From the human T2T-CHM13v2.0 reference genome, Homo sapiens: a stretch of DNA of 64,000 nt. Below, in pieces: positions 13,931 through 29,304 of this stretch (the first letter of the stretch is position 1; each line of letters begins with the position of its first letter). The stretch is taken from assembly GCF_009914755.1 (NCBI RefSeq), contig NC_060941.1; one strand, 5' to 3'. The translations under genes and the position numbers were made by a program. Below the pieces are notes generated by a model, which was not told the DNA's origin, did no database searches, and saw only the letters and a program-made list of their open reading frames with translations.

Positions 13931-13958
13931 TTTTTTATTCCTCTCTTCTTCCCTTAAG

Positions 13959-14083
13959 CTTTTGGGACTGGGAGAAAGGGGAGAAGCTGGATTATTTCCA
14001 CAATGGGAACCCTCGGTACACGAGGGTCACTGCCATGGAGTATCTGAACGGCCAGGACTGCTCGCTTCTGCTGACGGCCACAG
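13959..14083 (+). CDS. RPTOR: RPTOR coding exon 27 (FWDWEKGEKLDYFHNGNPRYTRVTAMEYLNGQDCSLLLTAT)
   Basis: Pyrimidine tract plus AAG acceptor, GTGAGC donor at 14084; 125 nt; frame continuous. Confidence 0.97.
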
Positions 14084-16174
14084 GTGAGCGGGGTTTGCAC
14101 AGCCAGGATTGGAAGCCAGGGTCTGGAGGAGTGGCGGGGAGGGTGTGTGATCCTGAGATGTGTTTGTACATCTGTCTTACAGAAAGCCCTGCTCACACGC
14201 GAGGGCCACTGTCATTCAGAAGTGGGGAGGTTTATGAGGGAAAGGGCTTCAGCAGCAGAGACAGGAAAGCAAAGATGACCCCATCCTTGAGGGTTCCAGG
14301 GACTTGTCTTCTCATCTCAGTCCTCTAGCCCTTCCAGCACCAGGAAAAGCCTCTGACAGCCTCTGTCCTTAAACCCCTGTGAGAGACCCGGTGGGTCCCA
14401 CGTGACACCCGAGAATCAGGGAAGGATGCCCCAAGCCACAACACGTGCCAGGTCCTCCCCGGCCAGGGTCTCCTGGCATCGCTGGCTCATTTGCCAGTTG
14501 CTGTCCCCACTGGGAGCTGGCACTCACCCTCCTCCAGTCCCGTCCTGCACCTGAAAGGACATCGTTGACCATCATGGTCGCTGACCAGTGGTTCATTGCC
14601 GTAGTGGGTCTCACTCAGGTTTTGGTTTTCTTGGGTTTTCGGGGGGTTTTTTGGAGGGGTCCGAAATGTCTTAGTTTCATCTTCACTTTGGAACAATCGT
14701 TTGTTTCCATGTCAGTTACCCCACATTGACAGTCATTTTCCTTTAGCGCTTTGAAAACACGTGTCCATTGCCTGTTGCTGATGAGAAGTCGCTGTCAGTC
14801 CCACTGCACTTCCTGTGGAGACTAGAGAGCGCTGGGCGGGAGGCAGGCGGGGGAGGCCAGCACGGCTGAGAGAAGTGAAGGCCGACACCCGGATCCCACC
14901 CAGCCTGTCCCTGTCGGCCGCAGCCCCTAGACACCTGAGCCTCTGAGAGTGTCGAGTCGGTTGTGCTGACAAGTGCGCAGCCCTCTCAACGCGGTTGCGG
15001 GCTCCTGGTGAGGGGCGTGGCCATGGGGACGTGTCCTCGTGCAGCCCCTCCTCCGAGCGCTGCCCCCTCAGGACCAAGTAGCATCAACCTATGTCGAAAG
15101 CCCGTCTTTGTCCCTGTAGCTGTCAGACGTGACCGGGAGGAGATGCATAGCCGGGGCAGGGGCCGGTGGGGGCAAGGGACCAGCCAGGCTCAGCCAGCGG
15201 TTTCGGAGAGACCAGATGTGAGCATCTCCCAACACCAGAGGGAGAGGGCAGTTCCTTGGCTGAGAGAGCGAGCACTGGAGCAGGGCCAGGGTCCTTTGCA
15301 GAACGGGCTCCAGACAGCAGTAGAAGGGCTCCAGCTCCAAAACCAGGAACGTTTGGTGTATGCGATGGAAAGCAGAGAGCGGGACAGGCAGGTGGGTGGA
15401 GGTGAGGCTGTCGTCCACCAGGGCAATCAGCTGGGGCTTGAAGAGCGCCTGAGGGTCACGCAGGAGGGGCTGGTGAGGCCAGGGGGCGCGGATGTGGTTC
15501 CCGGAAGGCTCAGAGGGCCCGCATGCTTTCCCCACACCCAGGCCGACCTCCCTGCCTGTCTGCTGGAGGATGCAGAGGGCCGTTTCCTCCATTCTAAGCC
15601 CTGAAGAGCAGGGCGGTGCGTCCCTGCCCACGTCTTAGGCGGAGAGCCCAGACGTCTGCATTGTCCCTTCAAGTCAAGGCTACTCTCTCTGTGGAGCACA
15701 GAGAGGAATGGGGCGGAGGGTGCTGGTGTCCTCTGTGAAGCTGGCCTTTCGTTCTGCTCCCTGGCACAGGCTGGCTCACCAGAGGGTAAAACGCAGCCCC
15801 ACCCACCCAACCGAGCTTCACCCGCCTGCCTCCCTCCAGGGAACCTGATGCCCTGGAGCTGGAGGGAGGAAGGGCAGCCCCGGGTCCCAGGGCAGCCAAA
15901 CCTCAGAGTTGAGCTCTGTGGCCAGGGTGGGACAGGATTGTGGTCTCCCATCCCCTGGGCTGCGACTCCTCCTGCTGGCTCGCCCAGATATGGATCTGAG
16001 GACAGAGTCCAGTCGGTGGGCACCCAGAGATCTGGAACCACGGGTAGTGAGTCAGGCTGGCCGCCCAGGGTCACTGCAGCACGTCTGCCAGGAAGGGCTC
16101 TTACCACCATGCACAGAGCACAGGCCAGGCCATCGAGGGGCCTGGTTCACATCCTTTCCTCTCTCCCTCCCCAG

Positions 16175-16279
16175 ACGATGGTGCCATCAGGGTCTGGAAG
16201 AATTTTGCTGATTTGGAAAAGAACCCAGAGATGGTGACCGCGTGGCAGGGGCTCTCGGACATGCTGCCAACGACGCGAG
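16175..16279 (+). CDS. RPTOR: RPTOR coding exon 28 (DGAIRVWKNFADLEKNPEMVTAWQGLSDMLPTTR)
   Basis: ccccag acceptor, GTGGGT donor at 16280; 105 nt; WD-repeat motif. Confidence 0.97.
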
Positions 16280-17766
16280 GTGGGTCCGCCCGGCTCCTCC
16301 CCAGAGCAGAATGTGTTCCCGGGGCTGCGGACGCACTCGGAATTCCAAGGCCCTTCTGGGGCTGTCTCTAAACAGGCTGCTCCACCTCAGAGTCCCCAGA
16401 ATCCTAAAGCAACAGCTCCCCGCCAATGTCCCCGAAAGCGTGAGAGCCCCAGGTCCCTGAGTGCACTGCCTGGCTGGAGTCCCAGCCCTGGGCATGGTCT
16501 CAGCCACTCGTGGGTGCCCCTGTCCCCAACCTTCATCCTTGGCTTGCAGACATGTGCTGCTTGGGACAGCATCACTGCTGGCAGGGCCTAAAGGGCCCGC
16601 ATCACGGGGTCCTTCTTTGGACCTAAAATTAGGTCTGCTCTTTGGACCTAAATTTAACTCCTCCTTGGGGGTCGGGGTGCACATGGCCATCTGGGGCCTC
16701 ACGCGCTCGCTGGCATGCCTGGGCTGGTGGGACGGAGTGGCTGCAGTGCCGGCTCTGGGCACAGTTCTGCGTGTTGCCTGCACCGCTGCACGGCCTGGGT
16801 GCGGGGCGAGGCGCAGGCCCACAGGTCCTTCTGGAAGGACTCAGGCAGGAGTTAGGAGGCTCCCGGGGTCAGGCTTCTGGGTCTGGATTTCCAGAGGCCC
16901 CTCTGCAGCACCAGGCATTCGCCTCTAGGAGTCATCGCTCTTCAGCGGATCCTGCAGCCCTTGGCGATGCTCAGAGTGAACGCGTTACCCCGCCAGCCCC
17001 CCTCTGCCGGCTCCTGCCGGTTTGTGATTTCTGTGTCTTCGTCTGTGGCCTGTGGATGTGGCCTTACACCTCGTGGTCAGCCTTCCGTGTGGGGCCTGCC
17101 CTGGTTCTGCCCTAGGTTGCATGGCTCTGTCTCCGCCCTTCTGTCTGAGCACCTGTCCCGGGAGATGCCAACCCTCACGTGCCTCGGGACGTCATGGGGG
17201 CAGCTCCAGGGTGGACATTGCCTCGAACGTTGGATTTTTTTTTTTAATGTAGCCATGTTCTTAAGTTTCATCCAGCAAAAAAAATCATCCACACCCCGCA
17301 CTCCGTGGGGGCCCTTTCCTGTTGCTTCTGTCCTGATCTCTGGGCTCTGCTTCCCCTGCGAGGCAACCCTCTTCTGGGGTATGACAGCTTCCCTGGGACA
17401 GGGCAGGAAGAGTGAGCCCCAGCCCGGGGCCCTGGTCCAGGAGGGGTCCCGGGAGACAGCTGGATGGCCAGCCTGGGGGTCAGGCCACTCACCGGCCATT
17501 GTGTGTCTCTCCAAAAGACCAATTTTGGTGACACTGTGTCATTTGCTAGAGAGGAAAGATCACTGTTTGATAGGCTTTCCAGGCTGTTTTTCTGGGGTCG
17601 CTCAGAGGCAGTGGTGCCATGGAAGGAGCTGGGCTTCAGCACGGGAGCGCCTGGCTGAGCCCTGGCTCTGCCTTGCCCTTTCTCTTGTTTGCTTTTGTGA
17701 AAACTTCCCTCCCTGTCCAAGGCTCGGACCTGCCGGAAATGCAGTGCTGGAAGGACACACCCGTGG

Positions 17767-17980
17767 CTAGCCCCGGGGTCCATGAGACCCCCCTAGAAGC
17801 ATCCACATGTCCACGCCCAGCTGGCCCCGGGGTCCCTGAGACCCCCCGGAAGCATCCACACGTCCACACCCGGCTGGCCCCAGGGTCCCTGAGACCCCCC
17901 AGAAGCATCCACACGTCCACACCCGGCTGGGCCTGGGGTCCCTGACACCCCCAGAAGCATCCACACATCCACACCGGGCC
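17767..17980 (+). repeat. Minisatellite ~53 bp x4
   Basis: ctggccccggggtccctgagacccccc(a/g)gaagcatccacacgtccacacccgg recurs with period 53. Confidence 0.93.
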
Positions 17981-18589
17981 ACGCTGCAGGAAACAAGACT
18001 TGGTGGCCTGTGCTGCCCCACGGGCTCTCAGTCTCTCCGGGTCAGGATGGCAGTGCCCAGCTTACATATCAGGAAGCAGCACTGACGAGAAAAGCGGCCT
18101 TCTCGGCCCAGACCCTCCAGTGCTTCCTTCAGAGTGGGAGCCTGTGCTGCACTTCAGGGGTCTCGGGGTCAGAGAACGAGGCTCTCACCGCGGGGGAAGG
18201 CAGCAGAGGCGTCTCGCCAGACGTAAGAGCTCCAGGCCCCAGTCCCCGAAGGCTGTGCCAGCTGTGGGCTGGGGCACCAGGCACAGCTCTGGGCTCCCTC
18301 AGGTTGCACAGGACGTGGGAAACCTGGGTGTGGGCAGCAGGCGGGTGTGTCACTGCTGCTGCGGCTTTGCTATGTGTCCAGGACTGGTTCAAACCAGTTC
18401 ACTCGGCATCACAGAATCTGAACTGAAAAAGGACTTAGGGTTCACCTGACTATACCCCTCCATGGCAGGACGCTCGGGCCGAGGGACAGCTGCCCAGAGC
18501 CTCTGGTTCAGATGGACACCTGAGGCCCAGGGTCGGGCTGTGCCATGTCCCCCATGCCGGCATGTCACTGTCCTACCCGGGTACGTCGG

Positions 18590-18770
18590 CCTATGTGCTG
18601 GAGACAGGGCCTTTACAGAGGTGATTAAGGTCAAACCAAGTCACCAGGGTGGCCCTAACCCAATGTGCCTCGTGTCCTTACAAGAAGAGGCCACCAGGAC
18701 ACAGACACACGTGCAGGGACAGGTGGGCGTTCCTGGGACGCCGGCTCGGCACTCACCCAATGAGGTCACG
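18590..18770 (+). mobile_element. MaLR LTR (MLT1-like) fragment
   Basis: gggcctttacagaggtgattaagg…gggtggccctaacccaat…gtccttacaagaagagg matches the MLT1 core. Confidence 0.65.
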
Positions 18771-19318
18771 GTGTCAAGGGAGGGCCCGAGTTCCAGCAGG
18801 TTGCTGGGGGATGTCTCACGGGCCTGAGGGTAATTATTTGTCATCGATTGGAGTCACACTGCCTAAATCCAGAGCCGTGAACGCTGACCACAGCACAGCC
18901 ACCACTCTTCTTGAAAGTCACAGTCACCAGGACCCAGTGTTGGCATTTGATAGATTAATGGTATTAGCAGGTTGGTTTCCCTCCGCGGTATTACATTTAA
19001 GGGAATAAACAACTCACATGAACGGCCAAGGGCTGAAGACAGAAGTGGTGCTCTCCATCTTCGTCAGGTGCTCACGGAGGGCCCACAGCACATCTGATCT
19101 GGTCACCACGGGGATCCGTGGAGCCGCAGAGGTTTCATCCTCCCCTGGAACTGAGGAGCTCAGGCCCTCCGCCAGCTTCTGCTGCAGGGAGCCTGCAGGA
19201 GGCCCAAGGCGTGACCTCCGCTTGCCCCAGCCCCCACTCGCCTCTCCCGGACCCGCTTGCCCAGTTGGGCACACCCAGCTCAGGCACACGCAAGCCAGGC
19301 TCCCCACGTCACCCCTGA

Positions 19319-21344
<2,026 letters not shown>

Positions 21345-21371
21345 TAGAAAATGTAATTATAAAACATCATG

Positions 21372-21673
<302 letters not shown>

Positions 21674-21679
21674 TCATAG

Positions 21680-23060
21680 ACAACGGGAATAAAAACTGCA
21701 AGATACCTAGGAATGAATCTAACAAATGCACTTTCTTCACAGATCAAAGCATAAACTCTAATTGAAGACTATAAAAGGCACATGCAGTGTTCATGGCACC
21801 ATAGCCATGGATGAAAAGACTCATCATTGTGGAGATTGGCAGTTCTCAAATTAATCTGTGGATTTATTAATACACTTTTGATTATATTCCCAGGAGAGAT
21901 TTTTATAAAATGCAGACCAGCCAAGGCAATATTGAAGAGGCGCAGACAGCATTAAGAAGCTGCAATTGCAGGGCAGCCAGGCCAAGAGGCACCAGGGCCC
22001 TCAGCGCAGCAGTGAGCCCAGAAGGGCCGCAAGTGGCAGGGTACCTCTGCGCACTAGGGAAGGAGCCATGTTGCTAAATGGTGTTGGGACAGCTGATGCC
22101 ATATAGAAAAGGATGCAGTGATACCCCTACCTCACACCATGCACAAAACACATCACAGTGAGAGACCTAACCTGTAAAAGCCTTTCAGAGAAAAATCAAG
22201 AGGAAATCTTCCTAACAGTGAGGAACAAAAAGACAGATTGAACAAGAGATTGAGGGTAAAGACATCAATAGGTTTGACTCTACAGACTTCTTCATGACCA
22301 CAAGAAAAATGTCACGGTTGTAATGTAAGTGGCAGAATAAGAAAAGATATTTGCAGTATCTACGAGTTACAGAATATATATAAAAATATGTGCAACTGTC
22401 TGTCGTGAAAAAAAACGGCAAACACCACACATCGATAAGGATTTGGGGACATTGGCTTGTGTGTGTCCTGCCGAGAGTGTAGATGGTCACCCATTTGGGG
22501 AATGAAATGGCCTTCCCTGGGGAGATCAGAGTCATGCAGGATACATGACTGGCAGTTCCGTTCTAGGCGCTTCCTTCTCCACCCGCAAGGACACGTGAAG
22601 TTGTTGACTGTGACATGGTTCACAAAGCCAGGGGCAGCTCAAATGACGGGGTTAGTTGTACAGTGGAAGGTAACGCAAGATTAAATGAGTTAACCAGAGC
22701 TGTGTGTCTTGGGCCAGATAAATCCTCAAAGCCTAACATTAAAGAAGCAAGTTGCTAGAAAATAGGCCCCATTTTGACACTGAAGAGGTTTTTTGAAATG
22801 TGGAAGGCATGTTACGTTGTTGATGAGCGTGCGTAAGCAGGAAAACCTCAGCAGCCCCTGGGAGGCGCCCTCAGCCCAAGGGACAGCCCTCCCAGGCAGG
22901 CGCAGGGGCAGACGATGCTTTTACTGTGTCTAAAATTATGCTTCTCTATGAAAAAAAAAAAAGAGCAAACAATGGTAAAATGTTAGCAAAGTTAGAGCTG
23001 AGTGGTGGGTACAAGGATTACTATGGTGTTCCTTTCTGTATCTTAAAATGGTTATCATTA
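21680..23060 (+). mobile_element. Very old L1 (L1ME-like) ORF2/3' remnants
   Basis: atacctaggaatgaatctaacaaa, ccctacctcacaccat…, aagatatttgca… L1 motifs, heavily diverged. Confidence 0.65.
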
Positions 23061-23379
23061 CAGTTTTAGAACTGAATCTGGTTTTAAATACAGGCCATCA
23101 CGTGAGGTGGGGGTTGCTCTGCTCTGTCTAATCCCCACACAAAGGGCAGCCCTTGCCCCATTCTCTCCGTCCATCCCTTGCTGACGCCAGCCGTCGGGAG
23201 TCAGCCCCTTGCTGTCTGAAGGCTGCCGGCCCGTGGCCCATGCCGAGCTCCTGTTTGTCTCAGAAGAACTGGCTTCCTCAAGCTTTGATAGGGCCAAAAG
23301 GAGGACCCTCATCTTCAAGCCTTAACAGCCTTCCTAAAGTCACCCAGACCTGCCAGTTCTGCCCAGGCGTCCAGACGGC

Positions 23380-23700
23380 AGGCATCTTAGACGTCGCTGC
23401 AAGGGTCTGCTCCAGATGGTGAGCACCTTAGACAGACGTTGCTGGAAGGCACTGCTCTGAACGGTGGGCACCTAACAGACGTTCCGGGAAGGCACTGCTC
23501 CGGATGTTGGGCATCTTAGATGTTCCTGGAAGGCACTGCTCTGGACAGTGGACACCTTAGACAGATGTTCCTGGAAGGCTCTGCTCCGATGTTCCTGGAA
23601 GGCTCTGCTCCGAACAGTGGGCACCTTAGACAGACGTTCCTGGAAGGCTCTGCTCCGAACAGTGGACACCTTAGACAGATGTTCCTGGAAGGCTCTGCTC
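23380..23700 (+). repeat. Imperfect minisatellite ~45 bp (caccttagacagacgttcctggaaggc(a/t)ctgctccgaacagtgg)
   Basis: About 7 variably deleted copies; period 45 between 23622 and 23667. Confidence 0.9.
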
Positions 23701-23744
23701 CCTCTAGCGATGCCTGGGGCATAGTCGAGTCAGGGGAAGACTCA

Positions 23745-24173
23745 GAGTTCCAGCTCAGAATTGTCGCCCCAGCCTGGACTTGGGAGTTCCAGCTCAGAAT
23801 TGTCACCCCGGCCTGGACTTGGGAGTTCCAGCTTAGAACTGTCACCCCGGCCTGGACTTGGGAGTTCCAGCTTAGAATTGTCACCCCGGCCTGGACTTGG
23901 GAGTTCCAGCTTAGAACTGTCACCCCGGCCTGGACTTGGGAGTTCCAGCTTAGAATTGTCACCCCGGCCTGGACTTGGGAGTTCCAGCTTAGAACTGTCA
24001 CCCCGGCCTGGACTTGGGAGTTCCAGCTTAGAATTGTCACCCCGGCCTGGACTTGGGAGTTCCAGCTTAGAACTGTCACCCCAGCCTGGACTTGGGAGTT
24101 CCAGCTCAGAATTGTCATCCCGGCCCGGACTTGGGAGTTCCAGCTCAGAATTGTCACCCCAGCCTGGACGTGG
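23745..24173 (+). repeat. Minisatellite 39 bp x11 (GAGTTCCAGCT(C/T)AGAA(T/C)TGTCACCCCGGCCTGGACTTGG)
   Basis: Eleven contiguous copies, visible as the 13-aa repeat in the ORF track. Confidence 0.97.
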
Positions 24174-24349
24174 GGCACACCAGGGTCCCTAGCGGGAGCT
24201 CATATGAGGCATATGGACCCACCAGATGGGCTCGATGGTGGCAGGGGTACCTTGTAGCTGCTGGCCAAATTGCTGCCCAGAGCAGGCCCCAAAGCCTGCC
24301 CAAGGCAAGGGCCCATGGGGTGATGCCATGTCCCACTGTATCTCTCCAG

Positions 24350-24456
24350 GAGCTGGGATGGTGGTGGACTGGGAGCAGGAGACCGGCCTCCTCATGAGCT
24401 CAGGAGACGTGCGGATCGTCCGGATCTGGGACACAGACCGTGAGATGAAGGTGCAG
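24350..24456 (+). CDS. RPTOR: RPTOR coding exon 29 (AGMVVDWEQETGLLMSSGDVRIVRIWDTDREMKVQ)
   Basis: tctctccag acceptor, GTAACC donor at 24457; 107 nt. Confidence 0.97.
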
Positions 24457-24799
24457 GTAACCATGCAGGTGTCCCCCAAGCCCTGGGCCTGTGGGGCAGT
24501 GTGTGCAGGGCTGGTCCTCGTCACAGAACCCAGCAAAGTGTGCGGTGAGGCCTGGCCATCCCAGGGGTGGAGTCAGGGCCTGGGAGGACAGTGCCGGGAC
24601 AATGCTGGGAGGAGACGTGGGCTCCCTGAGGCCTCTGGATGAAGGTGAACTGCAACACCCAGCCCTGCGCTGCAGTATGGCTCAGGCTGCGCCAGCTCTG
24701 AGTGTTTGCAAGTAGTGTCTTCTCTCTGCAAATTAAGGAATGTCAGAAATCAGTAGGGTGACCAATTGTAAATTAGAATGATTAATTATTTGGAGGCGT

Positions 24800-25439
<640 letters not shown>

Positions 25440-26804
25440 AGAAGCCTCTTTGCTTCTTAAAGCATCTGCTATTTTCAGTTTTGACAAAAAGCGGAGTACA
25501 TTGGTTTTGCCCAAGACAGCCTGGAAAAGTGGTAGAGACCTAAGCAGGCCGCGCTCAGCAGAAATCTAACTGCATTGACTTCATTTGGAGCAGAGGCGAG
25601 ACCACAGATACTGTGAGGGGCAGCGCCTGAGGTGGCTTTAGAGCCAGTATTCCCTTCCTCTGGGTCCCCAGGGAGAGGTGTGGCACAGAGGCCATACCCA
25701 GCCTCTCTCCCGGGCAGGCCATCTGGTGTCAGGAGGGATGGCTCAGCCCTGCTGCCGTAGAGGGCGGTGTGGAGCAGGCCCAGCAGAGGGGAGGCCTGGG
25801 CACCCTCAGCTGCTCGAAGCTGCTGTGGTTGCTCTGGGCAGCAGCAGCCCGAGAACCTGGCCCAGGCCTTCCCGTGTGGGCAGCCTCCCCTCTGACGTGA
25901 CCGTGGATCCCTCGAGGCACCAGCAGCTTTCATGGCACCTTCTTTGGGGTGGGGGGGTCTTGCACCTGTCTGGAGCTGTGGCTCCACACGAGACGTAGCC
26001 CTCAGGGCACAGCGTGGACACCCTGATCCTCAGGGTCTGGTCACCAGTGGGGGCTTAGAGGCCCAGGTGGCCTGCGGGGCAGGTGCTGTTCCTGCAGAGG
26101 TGGGTGGAGGCACAGAGCGCAGCAGGTGCTCCCAGAGCCGGCTCTGCCCCTCGCAGGGGTCTGGCCCCATCATCCCCACGCCTGTGTTTCCTCCTGGAGT
26201 GCACAACCCAGCACCGCCCATCGTGCGTGGAAAGCGCTCTCCCTCTCGTGGCCCTTTTCCTCCTGCGTCCCTGGCAGGTGCCATCGCCCCCGCCCCCGCT
26301 TCTCCAGCACTTAGAGCCCCCGAGGGAGCCAGATGACCCCTCCTGGACTCGTCCCATAGCTCATTAGAAGTTCTGAGACGCAGCCAGTGAGGAGTCCTTG
26401 CCAAAATGTGCTTTGCTTTCCTTTTTAGGAAACAGAGAGAGGTTGGAAGTTTAATTGGCACTGACAGCCAGTCCTTCCCAGAGGCGTTTGCAGGCCTCCG
26501 CTCGGGGTGGGGCTGGCCTCTGCCTCACTGGCTGGGTCCCAGGCGCCTCAGGGCCTCAGGGCTGTCCCTCCAGGGCCAAGGGATAAGGGCGTGACTCATT
26601 GTCCTGCCAGCCCCTGCCTCTCCCTGGGACTCCTGGGCTCCCCAGGCCTTTGATGCTTCCCTGGATAGAGAGAAAGGCCCCTGCAGCCAGGGAGGGTGAT
26701 CCCCACAGCCAGGCAGGCAGCAAGAGGGGTCCTGGCGCTGCAGGACAGCAGGGAGGGTGGCTCGGTGCCCCGGTCTTCACCGGGCTGCCTGTGTTTGGCT
26801 CTAG

Positions 26805-26932
26805 GACATCCCTACGGGCGCAGACAGCTGTGTGACGAGTCTGTCCTGTGATTCCCACCGCTCACTCATCGTGGCTGGCCTCGGTGACGGCTCCATCCGC
26901 GTCTACGACAGAAGGATGGCACTCAGCGAATG
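26805..26932 (+). CDS. RPTOR: RPTOR coding exon 30 (DIPTGADSCVTSLSCDSHRSLIVAGLGDGSIRVYDRRMALSE)
   Basis: ctctag acceptor, GTACCT donor at 26933; 128 nt; WD motif GDGSIRVYD. Confidence 0.97.
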
Positions 26933-27342
26933 GTACCTTGACCCTGTCCTCTCCCTCCCCGAGTGCTGGCAGGGTACCTTCCAGGTGGTAGGGCCGTGTC
27001 ACTGCCATTTGGTTGGGTCCAGGTTTCTCAGTGAGATGCAAAGCTTCCCCAGGAGCCTGCAGTGGCGTATTTAGGCCAGTCCTGGGCTCCCCAAAGCCGC
27101 CAGGCCCGTCCCACTGAGGCCCATCCCACAAAGGTCTGCCCCACAGAGGTCCACCCCACAGCCTATGGAGGAGCACAGGGGACAGGCCATGTGGGATGAG
27201 CCAGTGGACTGGAGGCAGAGGCTGTCGGGGTGAGGCAGGGCCGCAGCCAGGCACCTGCCACCTCTGAGCTCACCTGAACAGAATACTGCCACTGCCTGCC
27301 ACCTCCTGGGTCATGCAGCAAGTGTCTGGGGAGGGATGTCTG

Positions 27343-27605
27343 AGGGCACACACGTGGGCACAGCAGCCCTGGGCACTGCCTCCACTGAGCACCCCTGTGG
27401 GCAGGTGCTGTCCGCGTCTGGCAGAGGACAGGGTACACGCATGGGCACAGCAGCCCTGGGCACTGCCTCCACTGAGCACCCCTGTGGGCAGGTGCTGTCC
27501 ATGTCTGGCAGGGGACAGGGCACACGCGTGGGCACAGCAGCCCCGGGCACTGCCTCTGCTGAGCACCCCCGTGGGCAGGTGCTGTCCGGGCCTAGCAGGG
27601 GACAG
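27343..27605 (+). repeat. Minisatellite 87 bp x3
   Basis: tgggcacagcagccc recurs at 27355, 27442 and 27529. Confidence 0.93.
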
Positions 27606-28120
27606 TCCGTCTTGGCCCACACGGCTCATGCAGCAGAAGTAAATTTCACCCAGCACAGAGCGAGGATTCCCAGAAGGTCCTTGTGCCTCCAGCTTCATCA
27701 GCTTTAGGTCTGGGATTCTCATTCCTGACCCTCCAGTCTGCACAGATCGGGGAGACACAATGAGGAGTTTTGAGGGAAGCAAAGCAAAGGGTGGGCAGGG
27801 CCTGGGAGCGCTGCGATGGCCGCCTGGCCCCCGTCTCTGGGCAGCTTCCATGTGGCTCAGACAGTCCTCCAGCGGCCTGACGGTGACCTAGGGCCCAGCC
27901 CTGAGCCAGCCTGGGGAGGACACAGGGGGTCTCTGCTGGAGCAGGTCACCTGGAGGGGGCTCTGACCCTGCGTGAGCACTAGCCCCTCGTGGGGAGCAGA
28001 CGGGCGAGGGCCTGCGGACCCGCTGGCACAGGCAGACCTGGGCAGCTCCCGGTGAGAGCCCCGAAGGGTGGGGACGTCCTTCAGGGAAGCCCCACGCTGA
28101 GCGTGCCCCCTCCCCTACAG

Positions 28121-28207
28121 CCGTGTCATGACGTACCGGGAGCACACAGCCTGGGTGGTGAAGGCCTCCCTGCAGAAGCGTCCCGACGGCCACATCGTGA
28201 GTGTGAG
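28121..28207 (+). CDS. RPTOR: RPTOR coding exon 31 (RVMTYREHTAWVVKASLQKRPDGHIVSV)
   Basis: cctacag acceptor, GTGAGG donor at 28208; 87 nt; phase matches neighbours. Confidence 0.96.
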
Positions 28208-29187
28208 GTGAGGAGCGCCGATATTTAGCAGCCGTTCTGCTGTAAAAACATTATTTTCCCCTCCATTTAAAATACGTCCTTGGTATTTAAACAGCTGGAA
28301 GGGGATGGCATTTCGGGCAGTAATTAACTCCTGCCCTGGAACTGGCCAGAAAGATCAGGCGCAGCCCGTAGGGGCCCAGGGGCCACAGCTGCTCCCCTGC
28401 TGGGGGACACCTGACCTGCAGGCGCTTTGGGAACTTTCCTGGGCTGCCAACTGCGGAGGGTTCCGGGGGGAGTTGGGCAGCTGCTCTCCCTCCACGGGCA
28501 GGGGTGGCAGGGTGGCAGGGGCGGCGCGTCTGCCAGGCACGTGGCAGTTGTCTGCACATAAATTCAGTTCTGCCTCTTGGTAAATACAGCACCAAGAGCA
28601 GGGAATATTTATTTGCCTATTAAAGGAAGAGCAAGATGTAATTTATGAATGCAAAGCCAGCATTTCTTCAAAGAGATGCTCTTTTCCCCCTTGTTTGTGA
28701 TATAAAAACCAAACATAACTCTTGGGATGGACGCCTGCTGGGGGTGGAAGGCAGGAGCCACGGGGCCTCAAAAGGGCCAGGCCATCCCTCTCTCGGGCCA
28801 CAGCCTGCCATCCAGGCTCTGTCTCCCGGGACTGCAGGCCCCGGTTGCATGAAATCTAATCTCTAGCTGGAAATGAAACCAGGAGCTCACAGCCTCCTCC
28901 CGCATCTGTGCTCATGGTCATTTCTCTAGGCCAGAAAGCTCCGCGCCTTTTCTGGCTCTGAGAGAGCTTGTGGGGGACAGCCTTGGCCCTGAGACCAGTA
29001 TGGGTGCATGTCTGGGCCCCACCTGGGCAGCCCTCACTGGGGACGCTGAGCATCCAGGCAGCTTTTTCCTTGAGCAGTGTGTGTGCAAACAGGTGTGCGA
29101 CCCCACACACCTGGTTCCACCGTCCCCCTGGCCAGGCCCCTCATGGGGCCTCCGGGAGGAGGTGTCACTGTGACCCTCTCTTGGCAG

Positions 29188-29304
29188 CGTCAATGGAGAT
29201 GTGCGCATCTTTGATCCCCGGATGCCTGAGTCGGTAAATGTGCTTCAGATCGTGAAGGGGCTGACGGCCCTGGACATCCACCCCCAGGCGGACCTGATCG
29301 CATG
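29188..29304 (+). CDS. RPTOR: RPTOR coding exon 32 (VNGDVRIFDPRMPESVNVLQIVKGLTALDIHPQADLIA)
   Basis: ttggcag acceptor, GTAGGC donor at 29305; 117 nt. Confidence 0.97.

Noticed and set aside
23516-24257. 220-245 aa repetitive ORFs on both strands
   Set aside because: Produced by the 39-bp and 45-bp VNTRs
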